NCBI GenBank assembly: GCA_963706575.1
Contig: CAVPNL010000001.1
Location: forward strand, 416,001-480,000
Source: an uncultured delta proteobacterium
GTDB taxonomy: Bacteria > Desulfobacterota > Desulfobacteria > Desulfobacterales > JAHEIW01
Direction: 5' to 3'
Length of the DNA stretch: 64,000 nucleotides
Under the pieces are notes generated by a model that worked only from the letters and a program-made list of their open reading frames with translations, had not been told where the DNA came from and ran no database searches. This document shows positions 8,802 to 18,227 of this stretch, piece after piece (the stretch's first letter is position 1; every line of letters begins with the position of its first letter). The translations under genes were made by a program, and so were the position numbers.

Positions 8802-10480
8802 ATGGATCAAGGACAGATAAAAAAGGAAATGAAGGCGTGGGAACAAACCGCGCTTAAACGTGTATTGGACAAAAGCTGCTGAACGTGAGGCCGTCTTTAC
8901 CACCGAAAGCGGAATTCCGGTAAAGCGCCTTTACACACCATTGGATTTGCCGGATGCGGACTATAATGGCGATCTGGGTTACCCCGGAGAATATCCCTAT
9001 ACCCGCGGGGTTTATCCCACGATGTATCGCGGACGCCTCTGGACCATGCGAAACTATGCCGGATTTGGCACGGCGGAAGATACCAATAAACGCTTTCGCT
9101 ATCTTCTGGAACAGGGAATGCCGGGATTGTCCGTTGCTTTCGATCTGCCCACCCAGGTTGGATATGATTCCGACCACCCGATGTCAGAAGGCGCAGTGGG
9201 TCGCGTTGGCGTGGCGGTGGACACTCTGGCGGATATGGAGATCATTTTCAATGATATTCCGTTAGACCGGGTTTCGACTTCCATGACCATCAATTCGCCG
9301 GCCACCGTTTTGCTGGCCATGTACATCGCCGTCGGGGAGAAGCAGGGTGTCCCCAAAGAAAAGTTGATGGGCACCACCCAGAACGATATTTTAAAAGAAT
9401 TTATTGCCAGAGGAACCTATATCTTCCCGCCGGAGCCGAGCCTGAAGCTGACCATGGATGTCATTGAGTATTGTTACAAACATGTTCCCAAGTGGAATAC
9501 CCTCAGTATCACCGGATATCATTTCAGAGAGGCCGGTGCAAATGCCATCCAGGAACTGGCCTTTACCCTGGCAGATGCGATCCTCTATATCGAGAATGCG
9601 CTGGAACGCGGTCTGGATGTGGATGATTTTGCGCCCCGATTGTCTTACAGCCTGTCATGCCACCGGGATTTATTCGAGGAAGTGGCCAAATACCGGGCTG
9701 CCAGACGAATGTTCGCAAAAATTGTCAAAGAACGTTTTAATGCTCAAAACCCCAAGAGCTGCCTGTTCAGGACATACAGCGGATCGTGCGGATCAACCTT
9801 GACGCCCCAGCAACCGCAGAATAATATTGTTCGTATCGCCATGCATGCCCTGATGGGGGTTTTGGGCGGCCATCAAGCGATCCATACGGCCTGCTGGGAT
9901 GAGGGTTATGCCATTCCGACCGAAGACTCCGCTCGCCTGGCATTAAGGACCCAACAGATCCTGGCCCACGAGAGCGGTCTTTGTAACACCATTGATCCGC
10001 TGGCCGGTTCCTATTACGTGGAAGCCTTAACCGATGAAATCGAAAAACGGACCTCGGAATATTTAAACAAAATCGATGAAATGGGAGGGATGCTTAAAGC
10101 CATTGAAAACGGTTTTGTCTTCAGAGAGATTCAGGAATCCAGTGTTGAATTTCAGCGCAAGGTGGACAGCGGAGAGAAAGTCATCGTGGGACTGAACAAG
10201 TTCGTCATGCCGGAAGAAGAAGATGTTGAGCAACAGGATATATTTGAATACGATCAACGGATTGAGAAAATTCAGCAAGAAAAACTGGCACAGGTAAAAG
10301 CCAAAAGGGATGCGAAACAGGTGACTGCAGGCTTTGCAGAAGTTAGATCGCGCCATCGATCAAAACGGAAATCTGATGCCGTATATCGTCGATGCTGTCC
10401 AGTGTTACGCCAGTCTTGGCGAAATATGCGGCGTCATGCGGCAGAAATGGGGGGAGTACAGCCCGCCCATCTATCTATAA
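8802..10480 (+). CDS. B12-dependent acyl-CoA mutase, large (substrate-binding) subunit; two +1 frameshifts (about 8871-8874 and 10321-10333), sequencing error or pseudogene
   Basis: PGEYPYTRG, WTMRNYAGF, QNDILKE, GYHFREAG, DPLAGSYYVE; true N-terminus MDQGQIKKEMKAWE from 8802 and true C-terminus NLMPYIVDAV...SLGEICGVMRQKWGEY ending at TAA 10480 lie in other frames. Confidence 0.9.
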
Positions 10481-10519
10481 CCCATCTCAAAACACAATCG
10501 GAAAACCGGGAAACATACC

Positions 10520-10924
10520 ATGCAAAAACATAAGACGCGTGTTCTGATTGCGAAAGTTGGGCTCGACAGTCATGACCGCGGCGCTAAAATAGTTGCCCGA
10601 TCCCTGCGAGATGCCGGCTTGGAGGTGATCTACACCGGAATCCGCCAAAGCGTGGACCAGGTTATCAGCGCTGTCGTACAGGAAGACGTGGATTTGCTGG
10701 GTCTTAGCTTTTTGGCCGGTGATCATTTGGTCCTGGCGCCAAAGGTAATCCAGGGGCTAAAAGAAAAAGGCCGAGCGGATATCCCGTTACTGGTGGGCGG
10801 CATTATCTTAAAGCGTCACGTTGAAGAACTGGTAAAGATGGGTGTAAAAAAAGTATTTTTACCCGGAACCCCACTGAAGGAAATCGTCAACTATATTCAG
10901 GAAAATGTGTCCCCGCCTTCCTGA
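10520..10924 (+). CDS. Cobalamin-binding small subunit of acyl-CoA mutase
   Basis: DSHDRG (DxHxxG), GLSFL, LVGGII. Confidence 0.93.
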   Translation: MQKHKTRVLIAKVGLDSHDRGAKIVARSLRDAGLEVIYTGIRQSVDQVISAVVQEDVDLLGLSFLAGDHLVLAPKVIQGLKEKGRADIPLLVGGIILKRHVEELVKMGVKKVFLPGTPLKEIVNYIQENVSPPS

Positions 10925-11011
10925 ACGAATCATGAATTCATTGGCATACAGGATTTTCTGAACTTGAAATATGAAAGATAACGGCAAGTGTGCGGAAAGG
11001 GAACGAGTTCG

Positions 11012-13309
11012 ATGACATCATTGAATTATATTGGGAAAAGGCTTCGCAAAAAGGACGGCCGTGAAAAGGTTACCGGACGTGCCATTTACGGACAGGACCT
11101 TGTCTTGCCCAGAATGCTTTATGGTAAAATTCTATACAGCCTTTACCCCCATGCAAAAATCCGCTCAATTGATACCCGCAAAGCCAGGCGGGTACCCGGT
11201 GTCAGAGTTATCCTGACCGGAGACGACATCCCCGATATTCGAATCGGGTTTATCAAGGATAATATGCCCATAAATAAAGGGATCGTGCGCTGGGCCGGTG
11301 ACGAGATAGCGGCAGTAGCAGCAGAATCTGAAGAAGCAGCCGAGGAAGCCTTAGGGTTAATTGAAGTCGACTATGAAGAGCTTCCCGCTGTTTTTACCCC
11401 CGAAGAGGCGCTGGCCGAGGGGGCCCCGATTCTCCACGAAGGGCGCAAATCAAACCGCATTGATGAGATTTGCCGCACCTACCGCAAAGGGAACATTGAA
11501 GAAGGCTTTGCCAAATCCGATATCGTGTTGGAGGAAACCTATCATCTTCAGCATATGCAGCATTGCACCATGGGCACCTATTTTTGTGCGGCGTCTTTTG
11601 ATGCTTCCGGCAGACTGACTGTCTGGTCGCCAACTCAGGTGCCGTTCATTCTCCAGCGGGATATTGCCGATGCCTTGGGCATCAGCGGTCGCGATATTCG
11701 TATTTTGCAACCGACCATCGGAGGCGCTTTTGGTAAAGCACTCGACATGTACGCTTTTGAGGTCATTACGGTGCTGCTGGCCCAAAAAGCAGGCCGGCCT
11801 GTTAAAATCGTGTTTACACGGGAAGAGGAATTTAGCATCGCCTGCAAAAGACAGGCGGCTCAGATTACATTGAAGCACGGCGTTACCAAAGACGGGAAAC
11901 TGATGGCACGCAAAGTTGATATTTTAATGAATGCCGGCGCTTATGTTTCCTGGGGGCCGCTTTCCTCCTGGACCATGGTTCAAACCTTTGGTTCATTTTA
12001 TGAAGTGCCGCATATCGACTTCCTGTGCACACCCGTTTATACCAATATGCCGATCTGCGGCTCAATGCGCGGATACGGTAATCCCCAGGCTCACTTTGCG
12101 CTTGAGTCCCAAATGGACATGCTGGCCGAAGAACTGGGAATGGATGCCGTGGAATTTCGTAAAATCAATGCCAACGAGCCTTACAAAACCACCGAACAGG
12201 GAATCGGGATTACCAGTTGCGGATACATTGAATGTTTGGATGCGGCTTCAGAAGGAATCGGATGGAAGGAAAAACGGGGAAAGCAAACATCACCGGCGCC
12301 CAATAAAGTGCGGGGCATTGGTCTGGCCGGGATGTGGCATGTCGGTGGCGGATCTCGCATCTATCGATCCGATGGCTGCGGGGCCATTGTTAAAATTGAT
12401 GATTTTGGCAATGTCTTTCTCCTGACAGGGGCTTCCGAGATTGGGCAGGGATCCGATACCTCTCTTTGCCAGATCGTGGCGGATGTCCTGGGCGTTCCCT
12501 ATGACAGCATAACTCTGGTAAACAATGATACCGACATCACACCCTGGGATGTTGGCTGTCATGCCAGCCGTACGACCTTTATCGGCGGTAAAGCCGCCTT
12601 ATTTGCCGCCCGCGATGCCCGCAATCAACTGCTGGAAGCTGCCGGGGAAGTTTTTGAAATATCTCCCGAGGATCTTGATATTTATGACGGCATCATTTTC
12701 CCAAAAGATGCACCGAGCAAGGGCATGGCTTTTGAAAAGGTGGTTCGACGCAAACACTTCCAGAGCGGCGGTGATCTCATTATTGGGAAAGGATTTTATG
12801 ATCCGCCGACAACGTTGCTGAGTCCCAAGGATTCGCACGGCAATGTATCGGCGGCCTATACCTTTGCCGGTCAGGCAGTGGAAATTGAAGTGGATACCGA
12901 AACCGGACAGGTCGCGGTCATCAATGCCTCGGTGGCCCACGATATTGGCAAAACCATTAATCCCGTCGGACTTGAGGGTCAGATTGAAGGTGGCGCTGTC
13001 ATGGGATTGGGTTACGCTCTGTTTGAAGAAAGCGAGATCGAGGAGGGCCGGGTAATCAATCCGACGTTTGCCGATTACCATCTGCCGACAAGCCTTGACG
13101 CACCGCCGCTTCAAATTAAGATGGTGGAAACCGATGATCCGGAAGGACCTTTTGGCGCCAAAGGAATTGGCGAATGTGCTTCCATCGCACTGGCACCCGC
13201 TATCGCCAATGCCATTTATGATGCGGTGGGTGTGCGCGTCTATTCATTACCCATGACGCCGCAGAAGGTTTATCAAGCGATCATGAAGAAGAAAATGAAT
13301 AAGACCTGA
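11012..13309 (+). CDS. Xanthine dehydrogenase family molybdopterin-binding subunit
   Basis: GGAFG, MRGYG, EIGQG, GQIEGG and GPFGAKGIGE (catalytic Glu retained); start set at ATG 11012. Confidence 0.92.
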   Translation: MTSLNYIGKRLRKKDGREKVTGRAIYGQDLVLPRMLYGKILYSLYPHAKIRSIDTRKARRVPGVRVILTGDDIPDIRIGFIKDNMPINKGIVRWAGDEIAAVAAESEEAAEEALGLIEVDYEELPAVFTPEEALAEGAPILHEGRKSNRIDEICRTYRKGNIEEGFAKSDIVLEETYHLQHMQHCTMGTYFCAASFDASGRLTVWSPTQVPFILQRDIADALGISGRDIRILQPTIGGAFGKALDMYAFEVITVLLAQKAGRPVKIVFTREEEFSIACKRQAAQITLKHGVTKDGKLMARKVDILMNAGAYVSWGPLSSWTMVQTFGSFYEVPHIDFLCTPVYTNMPICGSMRGYGNPQAHFALESQMDMLAEELGMDAVEFRKINANEPYKTTEQGIGITSCGYIECLDAASEGIGWKEKRGKQTSPAPNKVRGIGLAGMWHVGGGSRIYRSDGCGAIVKIDDFGNVFLLTGASEIGQGSDTSLCQIVADVLGVPYDSITLVNNDTDITPWDVGCHASRTTFIGGKAALFAARDARNQLLEAAGEVFEISPEDLDIYDGIIFPKDAPSKGMAFEKVVRRKHFQSGGDLIIGKGFYDPPTTLLSPKDSHGNVSAAYTFAGQAVEIEVDTETGQVAVINASVAHDIGKTINPVGLEGQIEGGAVMGLGYALFEESEIEEGRVINPTFADYHLPTSLDAPPLQIKMVETDDPEGPFGAKGIGECASIALAPAIANAIYDAVGVRVYSLPMTPQKVYQAIMKKKMNKT

Positions 13310-13371
13310 TGGGATGAGGGCTGATTGGTCTGTTGATATAATGCCATTTGAACACAAAGAGGATGATCTAA

Positions 13372-13851
13372 ATGATTTTTGAGGACCATTTTTTAATCGA
13401 GGCTTCGCGGCCCGCTGTATGGGCATATATATGGGATCCGGAGAAGATGAGCCGCTGCGTTCCCGGGGTGGAAGAGGTTGTTGCAGAATCCGATGACAGC
13501 TATTCGGTGCGGGTCAAAACCCGGGTGGGATTCCTGTCGGCCACTTTTAATCTGGGTGTCAAGATTATGGAAGCTGAAGAGCCGGTTCGTCTAATGTCTG
13601 TTTTCGAAGGCAAAGACAGCAAGATTGCCAGCCGGCTAAAGCAGGTCAATACCATGGAGTTGGTTGACGTATCCGCCACCCGGACAGAGATGCGCTATAA
13701 GAGCGAAGTGACGTTGATGGGCAAAATGGCAACCCTGGGTCGCACTGTGATTAAGGGCAAGGCCAAACAAATGATGAAAGAGTTCAGTCAGAAATTGAAG
13801 ACGGAAATCGAGAAAGCCGAAGCGGAAAAGGCAGCGGCCAAGGAGGAATAA
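13372..13851 (+). CDS. CoxG/SRPBCC-family protein
   Basis: VWAYIWDPEKMSRCVPG...GKMATLGR pattern inside a molybdoenzyme operon. Confidence 0.85.
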   Translation: MIFEDHFLIEASRPAVWAYIWDPEKMSRCVPGVEEVVAESDDSYSVRVKTRVGFLSATFNLGVKIMEAEEPVRLMSVFEGKDSKIASRLKQVNTMELVDVSATRTEMRYKSEVTLMGKMATLGRTVIKGKAKQMMKEFSQKLKTEIEKAEAEKAAAKEE

Positions 13852-14724
13852 ATGCAGTCCTTTGAATATTTCGAGGCCAAAAGCCTTGAAGAAGTGGTTC
13901 AGACACTGGCATCCGGTGAAGAGGTTCGCGTGCTGGCCGGCGGATGCGGTATATTGCTTTTGATGAAACAGAACCTTTATTTCCCCCAGGCGCTGGTTAA
14001 TATCAAAAAAATTCCGGGTTTAAAAACCATTGAGCAAGACAACGGGACCATGCATATCGGCACCCTGGCCACCCATAATGAGGTTAGGGGCACGCCCTTG
14101 GTGGAGGAAAAGCTGCCGCTGCTTTCAGAAGCCCTGAGCTATGTGGCCACAAATCGCATTCGCAACATGGCTACTCTGGGCGGCACCCTGGCACATGCGG
14201 ACCCAACTTCCGATGCGGCGCCGGCCCTGCTGGCCCTTGAAGCGAAGGTGGTGGTGATGGGCAGCCAGGGTGAGCGGGTAATTGAACTGGCCGCCTTCTT
14301 TAAAGATTATTTTGAAACCGTACTGGAGCCCAGCGAGGTGCTTAAGGAAATCATTGTGCCGCTGCCGCCCGTGAAGGCCAGAGGTTTTTATACCCGCTTT
14401 CAGGTACGCAAGGCCATGGACAAAGCCATGCCGGGAGTAGCGGTTCTTATTGATTTGGAAGAAGATAAAAAGACGATTCGTTCAGCCCGGATTGGTCTAA
14501 GTGGAGTGGGCAACTGCTGTTTGCGACTTGAAGAGGCTGAACAATTTCTAGCGGGCAAGGAAGATCATGCGGATATTCGTCAAAAGATCGGGGACATCAT
14601 CAAGGCAACAATTGATCCGGTGGAAGAGTATCATTTTACGGTGGATTACAAAAAGCAGATAGCGGCCGTGTTTTTACAACGGGTGTTTGCAGAGGCCTAT
14701 TCAAGAGCTTCAAGTTCAAGCTAG
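13852..14724 (+). CDS. Xanthine dehydrogenase family FAD subunit (CoxM-like, no [4Fe-4S] insert)
   Basis: VLAGG, IRNMATLGG, ADPTSD. Confidence 0.9.
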   Translation: MQSFEYFEAKSLEEVVQTLASGEEVRVLAGGCGILLLMKQNLYFPQALVNIKKIPGLKTIEQDNGTMHIGTLATHNEVRGTPLVEEKLPLLSEALSYVATNRIRNMATLGGTLAHADPTSDAAPALLALEAKVVVMGSQGERVIELAAFFKDYFETVLEPSEVLKEIIVPLPPVKARGFYTRFQVRKAMDKAMPGVAVLIDLEEDKKTIRSARIGLSGVGNCCLRLEEAEQFLAGKEDHADIRQKIGDIIKATIDPVEEYHFTVDYKKQIAAVFLQRVFAEAYSRASSSS

Positions 14725-14739
14725 CAAAGGGGAGCAGAT

Positions 14740-15216
14740 ATGGATCAGCGATATGTGGAGTTATCTATCAATGGTGACCAATACCGGATATCGGTACAGC
14801 CCAATGAATTTTTAGCCGATGTATTGCGCAACAAACTGGATTTAACCGGAACAAAAACAGCTTGCGATATGGGCGTGTGCGGTTCCTGCACGGTGTTGTT
14901 GGACGGGTTGCCGGTCAGTTCGTGTTTGACGCTGGTGGTGGATGCTGAAGGAAAAGAAATTACGACAATAGAGGGACTGGAAAGCGCCGACGGTGAACTG
15001 CATCCGGTCCAGGAGTCATTTTTAGACAAAGGGGCGGTGCAGTGCGGATTTTGCACTGCCGGCATGGTGATGACCACCAAGGGATTCTTAGACAAAAATC
15101 CCAATCCCACAGAACAGGAGATCCGCCAGGCGCTATCGGGAAATATCTGCCGCTGCACCGGTTATGCCAAAATTGTGGAGGCGGTTGAGGATGCCGCCAA
15201 AAAAATGCAGCGTTGA
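14740..15216 (+). CDS. 2x[2Fe-2S] subunit (CoxS-like)
   Basis: CDMGVCGSC...C, QCGFC, CRC. Confidence 0.95.
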   Translation: MDQRYVELSINGDQYRISVQPNEFLADVLRNKLDLTGTKTACDMGVCGSCTVLLDGLPVSSCLTLVVDAEGKEITTIEGLESADGELHPVQESFLDKGAVQCGFCTAGMVMTTKGFLDKNPNPTEQEIRQALSGNICRCTGYAKIVEAVEDAAKKMQR

Positions 15217-15243
15217 TGAAAAGATCAGGAGCGCGATCTTGTG

Positions 15244-16431
15244 CTAAATGATTTTGCGCTCCTTAAACTGCTTCAATTCTTCATCTGAATATCCCAGAAT
15301 CCCACCAATGATTTCTTTGTTGTGCTCACCGAATCGTGGCGGAAATGAAAGCTGGCGGCCCAATCCTTCAAGGTAGGGTGTCAGATTGGGGGCCGGGGGC
15401 ATCGTGATTTTTGTACCGGTTAGCGGGTCTTCAGCGGATAAAAGGCGTTGTTGCACCAGTGGATCTGCCAGCACCTCGGGAATTGAATTTATTTTGCTTA
15501 CTGGGACTGTAATGGCATTAAACAGCTCGATCAGTTCCGCTGATGAATGATTTTTTGTAATCTCATTAATGGCGTTGTTCATCTTTGGGACGTTTTCGAT
15601 TCGACCCGCGTTGGTTTGATACTCGGATTTATCAAGTGATTGAAAAATCTCCTGCGACACCATTGCTTTCCACTGGCGGTCATTACCTACAGCCAGATAG
15701 ATATAGCCGTCGTTTGTTTTATAAACCGATAGGGGAGCAAAAAATTCATGCGTATTGCCCCGGCGGGTGATCGTTCGCCCCAGACTGGTAAAGGTAATGG
15801 GAATGGTAATCCAGGATAGGGAAGATTCGTACATGGACATATTCATACAGGATCCCTCACCGGTAACCTCGCGCTTATAAAGCGCTTTCATTACCAGTCC
15901 GTAACAGTGTTCACTTGTGCCCATGTCGGGAAGCGGAATGCCGGTTACATAGGGTTCACCTTCCTTCTCACCGGTCAGGTCCATCAGACCCGATCTGGCC
16001 TGCAAGATCGGATCATAGGCCGGCTCATTGCTTTGCGGTCCGAAGCCCGTAATGCCCAGCCAAATGATATCTGGCTTTAGCGCCTTTATGGTTTCATAAT
16101 CGATCCCCAGTTTTTCGTAGTTGCGCGGAAGCTGGTTGGTGGCAAAAATGTCGACTTTTAATTCCTGAATTAGATTACGGAAAATTTTTTGGCCCTCGGG
16201 GTCCGCAAGATTGAGCGTCATGGCTTTTTTGCCGGAATTGATACAGAGGTAATAGGTATTCATCCGCTCTTCATTTAACAGGTTCCATCCAACCAGTCTG
16301 TTCGGGTCTCCATACACGGGGTGTTCCAGCCGGATCACGTTAATTCCGTCATGAGCCAATCGATATGTCAAATACGGCAGGACCGTTGCCTGTTCCAGGG
16401 ACAGAACAGTAAGGTTTTTAAAAAATTCCAT
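15244..16431 (-). CDS. Class III CoA-transferase (CaiB/BaiF family)
   Basis: GDPNR, NSGKK, ITGFG, YDPILQARSG, PLPDMG (catalytic Asp), PRFGEHN. Confidence 0.9.
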   Translation of the reverse strand: MEFFKNLTVLSLEQATVLPYLTYRLAHDGINVIRLEHPVYGDPNRLVGWNLLNEERMNTYYLCINSGKKAMTLNLADPEGQKIFRNLIQELKVDIFATNQLPRNYEKLGIDYETIKALKPDIIWLGITGFGPQSNEPAYDPILQARSGLMDLTGEKEGEPYVTGIPLPDMGTSEHCYGLVMKALYKREVTGEGSCMNMSMYESSLSWITIPITFTSLGRTITRRGNTHEFFAPLSVYKTNDGYIYLAVGNDRQWKAMVSQEIFQSLDKSEYQTNAGRIENVPKMNNAINEITKNHSSAELIELFNAITVPVSKINSIPEVLADPLVQQRLLSAEDPLTGTKITMPPAPNLTPYLEGLGRQLSFPPRFGEHNKEIIGGILGYSDEELKQFKERKII

Positions 16432-16451
16432 TACTCACCTCCGAGTTTGTC

Positions 16452-16491
16452 TTGACATCTTTAAGGGATATATATAATTCAGTATTTTATT
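16452..16491 (+). promoter_or_regulatory. Promoter with reverse-oriented operator copy between the CoA-transferase and epimerase genes
   Basis: TTGACA 16452, TATAAT 16473 (15-nt spacer); AATTCAGTATTTTATT 16476-16491, reverse complement AATAAAATACTGAATT. Confidence 0.45.
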
Positions 16492-16606
16492 TTTAACGCG
16501 ATGCCATCAATTCTTCTGAGATCCAGCCATGGATGCGGCCCCTGCCCTTATCCGTGTAGCAGGATCTTTAAAATGCGTGCACCCGCGAAACACGAGGAGT
16601 TCGGTA

Positions 16607-17008
16607 ATGATTAAGAAAATAAGTCACATTGGTCTGGCCGTTGACAATCTAGCGGAAGCCAGAGCCTTTTTCGATGAAACGTTCGATTTTTCCGTGTCCG
16701 CTCAAGAGCAATTCGGAGAGCTGCTATTTTCTTTTATTTCTCTTGGCGAAACCGATTTGGAACTCCTCCAGTCCACCACTCCTGAAGGACAGATCGCCAA
16801 ATTTATCAACAAAAGAGGGCAGGGTATCCATCATATCTCATTGGAAGTCGATGATATCCAGGCTGAATTGGACCGTCTCAAAACCAAAGGACTGCAACTT
16901 ATTAATGAGAAACCTTACCGCAACGCCCATCAGGAGTTGGTTGCCTTTATTCACCCGAAAAGCACTTATGGGATTTTATTCGAGCTCATCCAGTCTAAAG
17001 AGAAATAG
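16607..17008 (+). CDS. mce: Methylmalonyl-CoA epimerase-like VOC protein
   Basis: HIGLAV, LELLQ, GIHHISLEVDDI, FIHPKSTYGILFEL; start ATG 16607 behind GAGGAG. Confidence 0.82.
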   Translation: MIKKISHIGLAVDNLAEARAFFDETFDFSVSAQEQFGELLFSFISLGETDLELLQSTTPEGQIAKFINKRGQGIHHISLEVDDIQAELDRLKTKGLQLINEKPYRNAHQELVAFIHPKSTYGILFELIQSKEK

Positions 17009-17031
17009 GCCCACTTAAATCACGGTTTGCA

Positions 17032-17352
17032 TCAATCTCCGGTAAGCTCGCCATATCCCAAGGGGGTCAATATTTTAGATTCCTCGGGTCCGGTGATATC
17101 CCAAATAATCGGTGTCCATTTTTGGATTTCGGGATCGTTAAACAGCTTTTCCCGTATTTGTTGAAACTCGGTAAAATCTTTAAACGCATAAAGATCCGTC
17201 ACCTCATCATAGGCGCCAACACTTGTTTTCCAGGCCGCCACCAGCCGCTGACCATGTTTTTTCATTGCCGGAAGCAAATGTTCTTCAAAAATTTTGCACC
17301 ACTCCTGCATCTTGCCACGTTGCACTTTCACGGTTACGTGCAAATATATCAT
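17032..17352 (-). CDS. NIPSNAP-family protein
   Basis: 106 aa; LVAAW.T.VG...VTDLYAF...R...DPE...SKILTP pattern; RBS AGGAGG. Confidence 0.8.
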   Translation of the reverse strand: MIYLHVTVKVQRGKMQEWCKIFEEHLLPAMKKHGQRLVAAWKTSVGAYDEVTDLYAFKDFTEFQQIREKLFNDPEIQKWTPIIWDITGPEESKILTPLGYGELTGD

Positions 17353-17473
17353 TGTTATCCTCCTTTGACTTGAATCCTATGGTTTCAAATGAATACCGAG
17401 ATCGGCTATCCAGAAACTCAAATTATATTTCAGGTGTTTGTTATTGAAGATACCGCTGCAAATGCCTTGCAGA

Positions 17474-18178
17474 TCATTTTGACAGTTTTTCCTGCAAAGT
17501 CGATATCAACTCATCCGTATCAAGCACTTTACCGAAGAAAGCCGCCCAGTTTCTCATAGTGTAGATCTGATCTTCCTCGGTAAATGTGGCGCTGGCGTCA
17601 TCGACCATGATGACCTTATACCCCAGATCCCAGGCGCTGCGGGCGGTGCTTCCCACGCAGACATCGGTAGCCGTTCCGACGACCACCACCGTGTCGATGC
17701 CGGCCATTCGCATGCGGTGATTGAGGGAAGTACCCATAAATGCACTGCGGGTTGCTTTGGGTATGACCAGTTCGCCCCGCTGAGGCTCGAGTTCTTCAAG
17801 GACCTTGAACTCAAAGTCCTCGGTGGTAAAGGCCGGGACTTCTTTGAGGCGTGCCTGTCTGAGGGGATGCAGGTCGCTTCCATCCAGCAGAGATGCGCCA
17901 AATGCGCCATAAAAGACCCGCATCTTGTTTTTCCTGAAAAAATCCAGCAGCTTGGCGCAGTTGGGAATAACAATTTTTAATCGATCCGAATAATATTGAG
18001 CGGCTTCCGGATCCGAGTCGATATAATTTTTTAGGACGCCGTAATCCGGATGGGCCACATAGTACTGCATATCAATCACCAACAGGGCCATGTTTGCGGG
18101 CTCCACCGGGAATTCGCCCACTGCCTGAGGGATTCTGTCCAGTCCCTTTTGCCAAGCTTTATTACCACTTGTTCCCAT
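17474..18178 (-). CDS. Isochorismatase-family cysteine hydrolase (amidase)
   Basis: Asp-Lys-Cys triad: VIDMQ, PKATRSAF, TDVCV. Confidence 0.9.
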   Translation of the reverse strand: MGTSGNKAWQKGLDRIPQAVGEFPVEPANMALLVIDMQYYVAHPDYGVLKNYIDSDPEAAQYYSDRLKIVIPNCAKLLDFFRKNKMRVFYGAFGASLLDGSDLHPLRQARLKEVPAFTTEDFEFKVLEELEPQRGELVIPKATRSAFMGTSLNHRMRMAGIDTVVVVGTATDVCVGSTARSAWDLGYKVIMVDDASATFTEEDQIYTMRNWAAFFGKVLDTDELISTLQEKLSK

Positions 18179-18227
18179 ATTTTATCCTCCTTTGATAAGA
18201 ATGGTTGTCTGCGTTCGAGTTTGTCGT

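Noticed and set aside
8877..8882. TGC-TGA in the mutase N-terminal frame as a selenocysteine codon
   Set aside because: Read-through stays out of frame with the mutase body; a one-base insertion in AAAA explains it
10988..15216. Aerobic CO dehydrogenase (cox) operon
   Set aside because: The large subunit lacks the AYXCSFR motif (has GSMRGYG); CoxG alone is not diagnostic
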